Positions 53,196 to 54,226 of a stretch of DNA of 54,226 nt are shown here, in pieces. Location: positions 1 to 54,226 of the forward strand of contig JAQUWR010000002.1 in NCBI GenBank assembly GCA_028692745.1, written 5' to 3'. The notes beneath the pieces are model-generated. The model ran no database searches, was not told the origin of the DNA, and saw only the letters and a program-made list of their open reading frames with translations. The position numbers and the translations under genes were made by a program. The stretch comes from Minisyncoccota bacterium (GTDB lineage: Bacteria > Patescibacteriota > Minisyncoccia > Minisyncoccales > Minisyncoccaceae). The stretch's first letter is position 1, and every line of letters begins with the position of its first letter.

Positions 53196-53519
53196 ATGAA
53201 AATAAGAATAAAAGAAACAAACATAAAGTTAAATACAGGCCTTTCTTCGTTCTTAGATAAGAAAATAAAGGCTTTAGATAAGTTTTTACCAGATGTTCCT
53301 GATTTACTTTTTGAAATTGAATTAGGGTTAACAACAAAGCATCATCAAAAAGGAGATATTTATAAATCAGAGATACAGGTTCAATTGGGACAAAAAATAT
53401 TAAGATCAGTTTCAGAAAAAGATAACATGAGAAGCGCAATTATTGAATCAGTTGAAGATTTAGAAAGGCAGTTAAGAAAAAGAAAAGATGCTTATCTTGC
53501 TAGAAGAAAACTTAAGTAA
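53196..53519 (+). CDS. hpf: Ribosome hibernation promoting factor / RaiA family
   Basis: MKIRIKETNIKLNTGLSSFLDKKIKALDKFL and a beta-alpha-beta-beta-beta-alpha length typical of the family. Confidence 0.8.
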   Translation: MKIRIKETNIKLNTGLSSFLDKKIKALDKFLPDVPDLLFEIELGLTTKHHQKGDIYKSEIQVQLGQKILRSVSEKDNMRSAIIESVEDLERQLRKRKDAYLARRKLK

Positions 53520-53525
53520 GTTATT

Positions 53526-54226
53526 ATGTCAATTATTAGTAGTTTTTTCGGGGACGCTAACGAAAGGTATATTAAAAGTTTAAAACCAATTATTGAAAAA
53601 ATTAATTCCTTAGAAGAAGAAGTATCTAAGTTAAGTTCCGAAGAATTAAAATTAAAAACCAAAGAACTCAAAGAAAAAATTAAAAATGGTGAAGATGTTT
53701 TACCATATGCTTTTGCATTAGTAAGAGAAGCTTCTAAAAGAAATCTTAATCAAAGACATTTTGATGTTCAATTAATCGGTGGAATAGTTTTACATCAAGG
53801 AAAAATTGCTGAAATGAAAACAGGAGAAGGAAAAACATTAACAGCAACTTTACCAGTATATTTAAATGCATTGGAAGAAAAAGGTTGTCATGTTGTAACT
53901 GTTAATGATTATCTTTCAAGAAGAGACGCAGTATGGATGGGTCAGATTTATGATGCATTGGGTTTAAGTGTTTCGGTTTTAAATCATGAACAGTCTTTTA
54001 TATACGATTCTAATTACAAGCAAGGAGATGATGAAAGAGATAAATTAGGAGGATTTAAAGTTGTTGAAAACTTTTTAAGACCTTGTTCTAGAAAAGAAGC
54101 ATATTTGGCAGATATTACTTATGGAACTAATAATGAATTTGGTTTTGACTTTTTAAGAGATAATTTATGCTATTCTACTGCTGAGATGGTTCAAAGAGGA
54201 CATCATTATGCAATAGTTGATGAAGT
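53526..54226 (+). CDS. secA: Preprotein translocase ATPase SecA (N-terminal part, runs off window)
   Basis: Not in the ORF track because it has no stop. [17 protein letters not shown]..., [53 protein letters not shown]. Confidence 0.95.
   Translation, partial: MSIISSFFGDANERYIKSLKPIIEKINSLEEEVSKLSSEELKLKTKELKEKIKNGEDVLPYAFALVREASKRNLNQRHFDVQLIGGIVLHQGKIAEMKTGEGKTLTATLPVYLNALEEKGCHVVTVNDYLSRRDAVWMGQIYDALGLSVSVLNHEQSFIYDSNYKQGDDERDKLGGFKVVENFLRPCSRKEAYLADITYGTNNEFGFDFLRDNLCYSTAEMVQRGHHYAIVDE

Overview
Annotation was done by eye from the ORF track and raw sequence; no BLAST, HMM or folding tools were run. The window is an AT-rich (about 30% GC by eye), very gene-dense bacterial chromosome segment. 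It uses the standard code: TGA is a stop, for example at smpB and in many ATGA start/stop overlaps. It looks like a streamlined Patescibacteria/CPR-type genome. It carries five aminoacyl-tRNA synthetases (argS, ileS, glyQS, metG, leuS), the smpB-ssrA-infC-rpmI-rplT block, cell-wall genes (mltG, murB, glmS, yvcK, a glmU-like gene), parAB, topA, pth, greA, hpf and the 5' end of secA. Several genes have an archaeal or eukaryotic flavour: Elp3, a Trm9-like methyltransferase, endonuclease Q, PolX, a Ham1-type ITPase and 2-oxoacid:ferredoxin oxidoreductase. RNA genes are one tmRNA (15927..16274, minus) and one tRNA-Leu(CAA) (41839..41922, minus). I saw no rRNA, CRISPR array or transposase.

Most interesting observations:
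1. The left edge cuts a DGR-type reverse transcriptase. Two AAA_14/DUF4143 ATPase paralogues follow it.
2. elp3 and a Trm9-like methyltransferase are divergent, and their start codons abut in CATATG.
3. The tmRNA 5' end lies inside the last codons of smpB, and its 3' end is 19 nt from a non-AUG infC start.
4. A RhuM-Fic/Doc fusion sits between argS and rdgB with no spacer. It contains a 27-bp perfect palindrome built from rare CGG codons.
5. A membrane-anchored protein fuses a GH3 (NagZ-like) domain to an MltB-like lytic transglycosylase domain.
6. Sigma70-like promoters repeatedly sit 7-8 nt upstream of ATG codons, implying leaderless mRNAs.

No single locus can be proven to be a new system from sequence alone.
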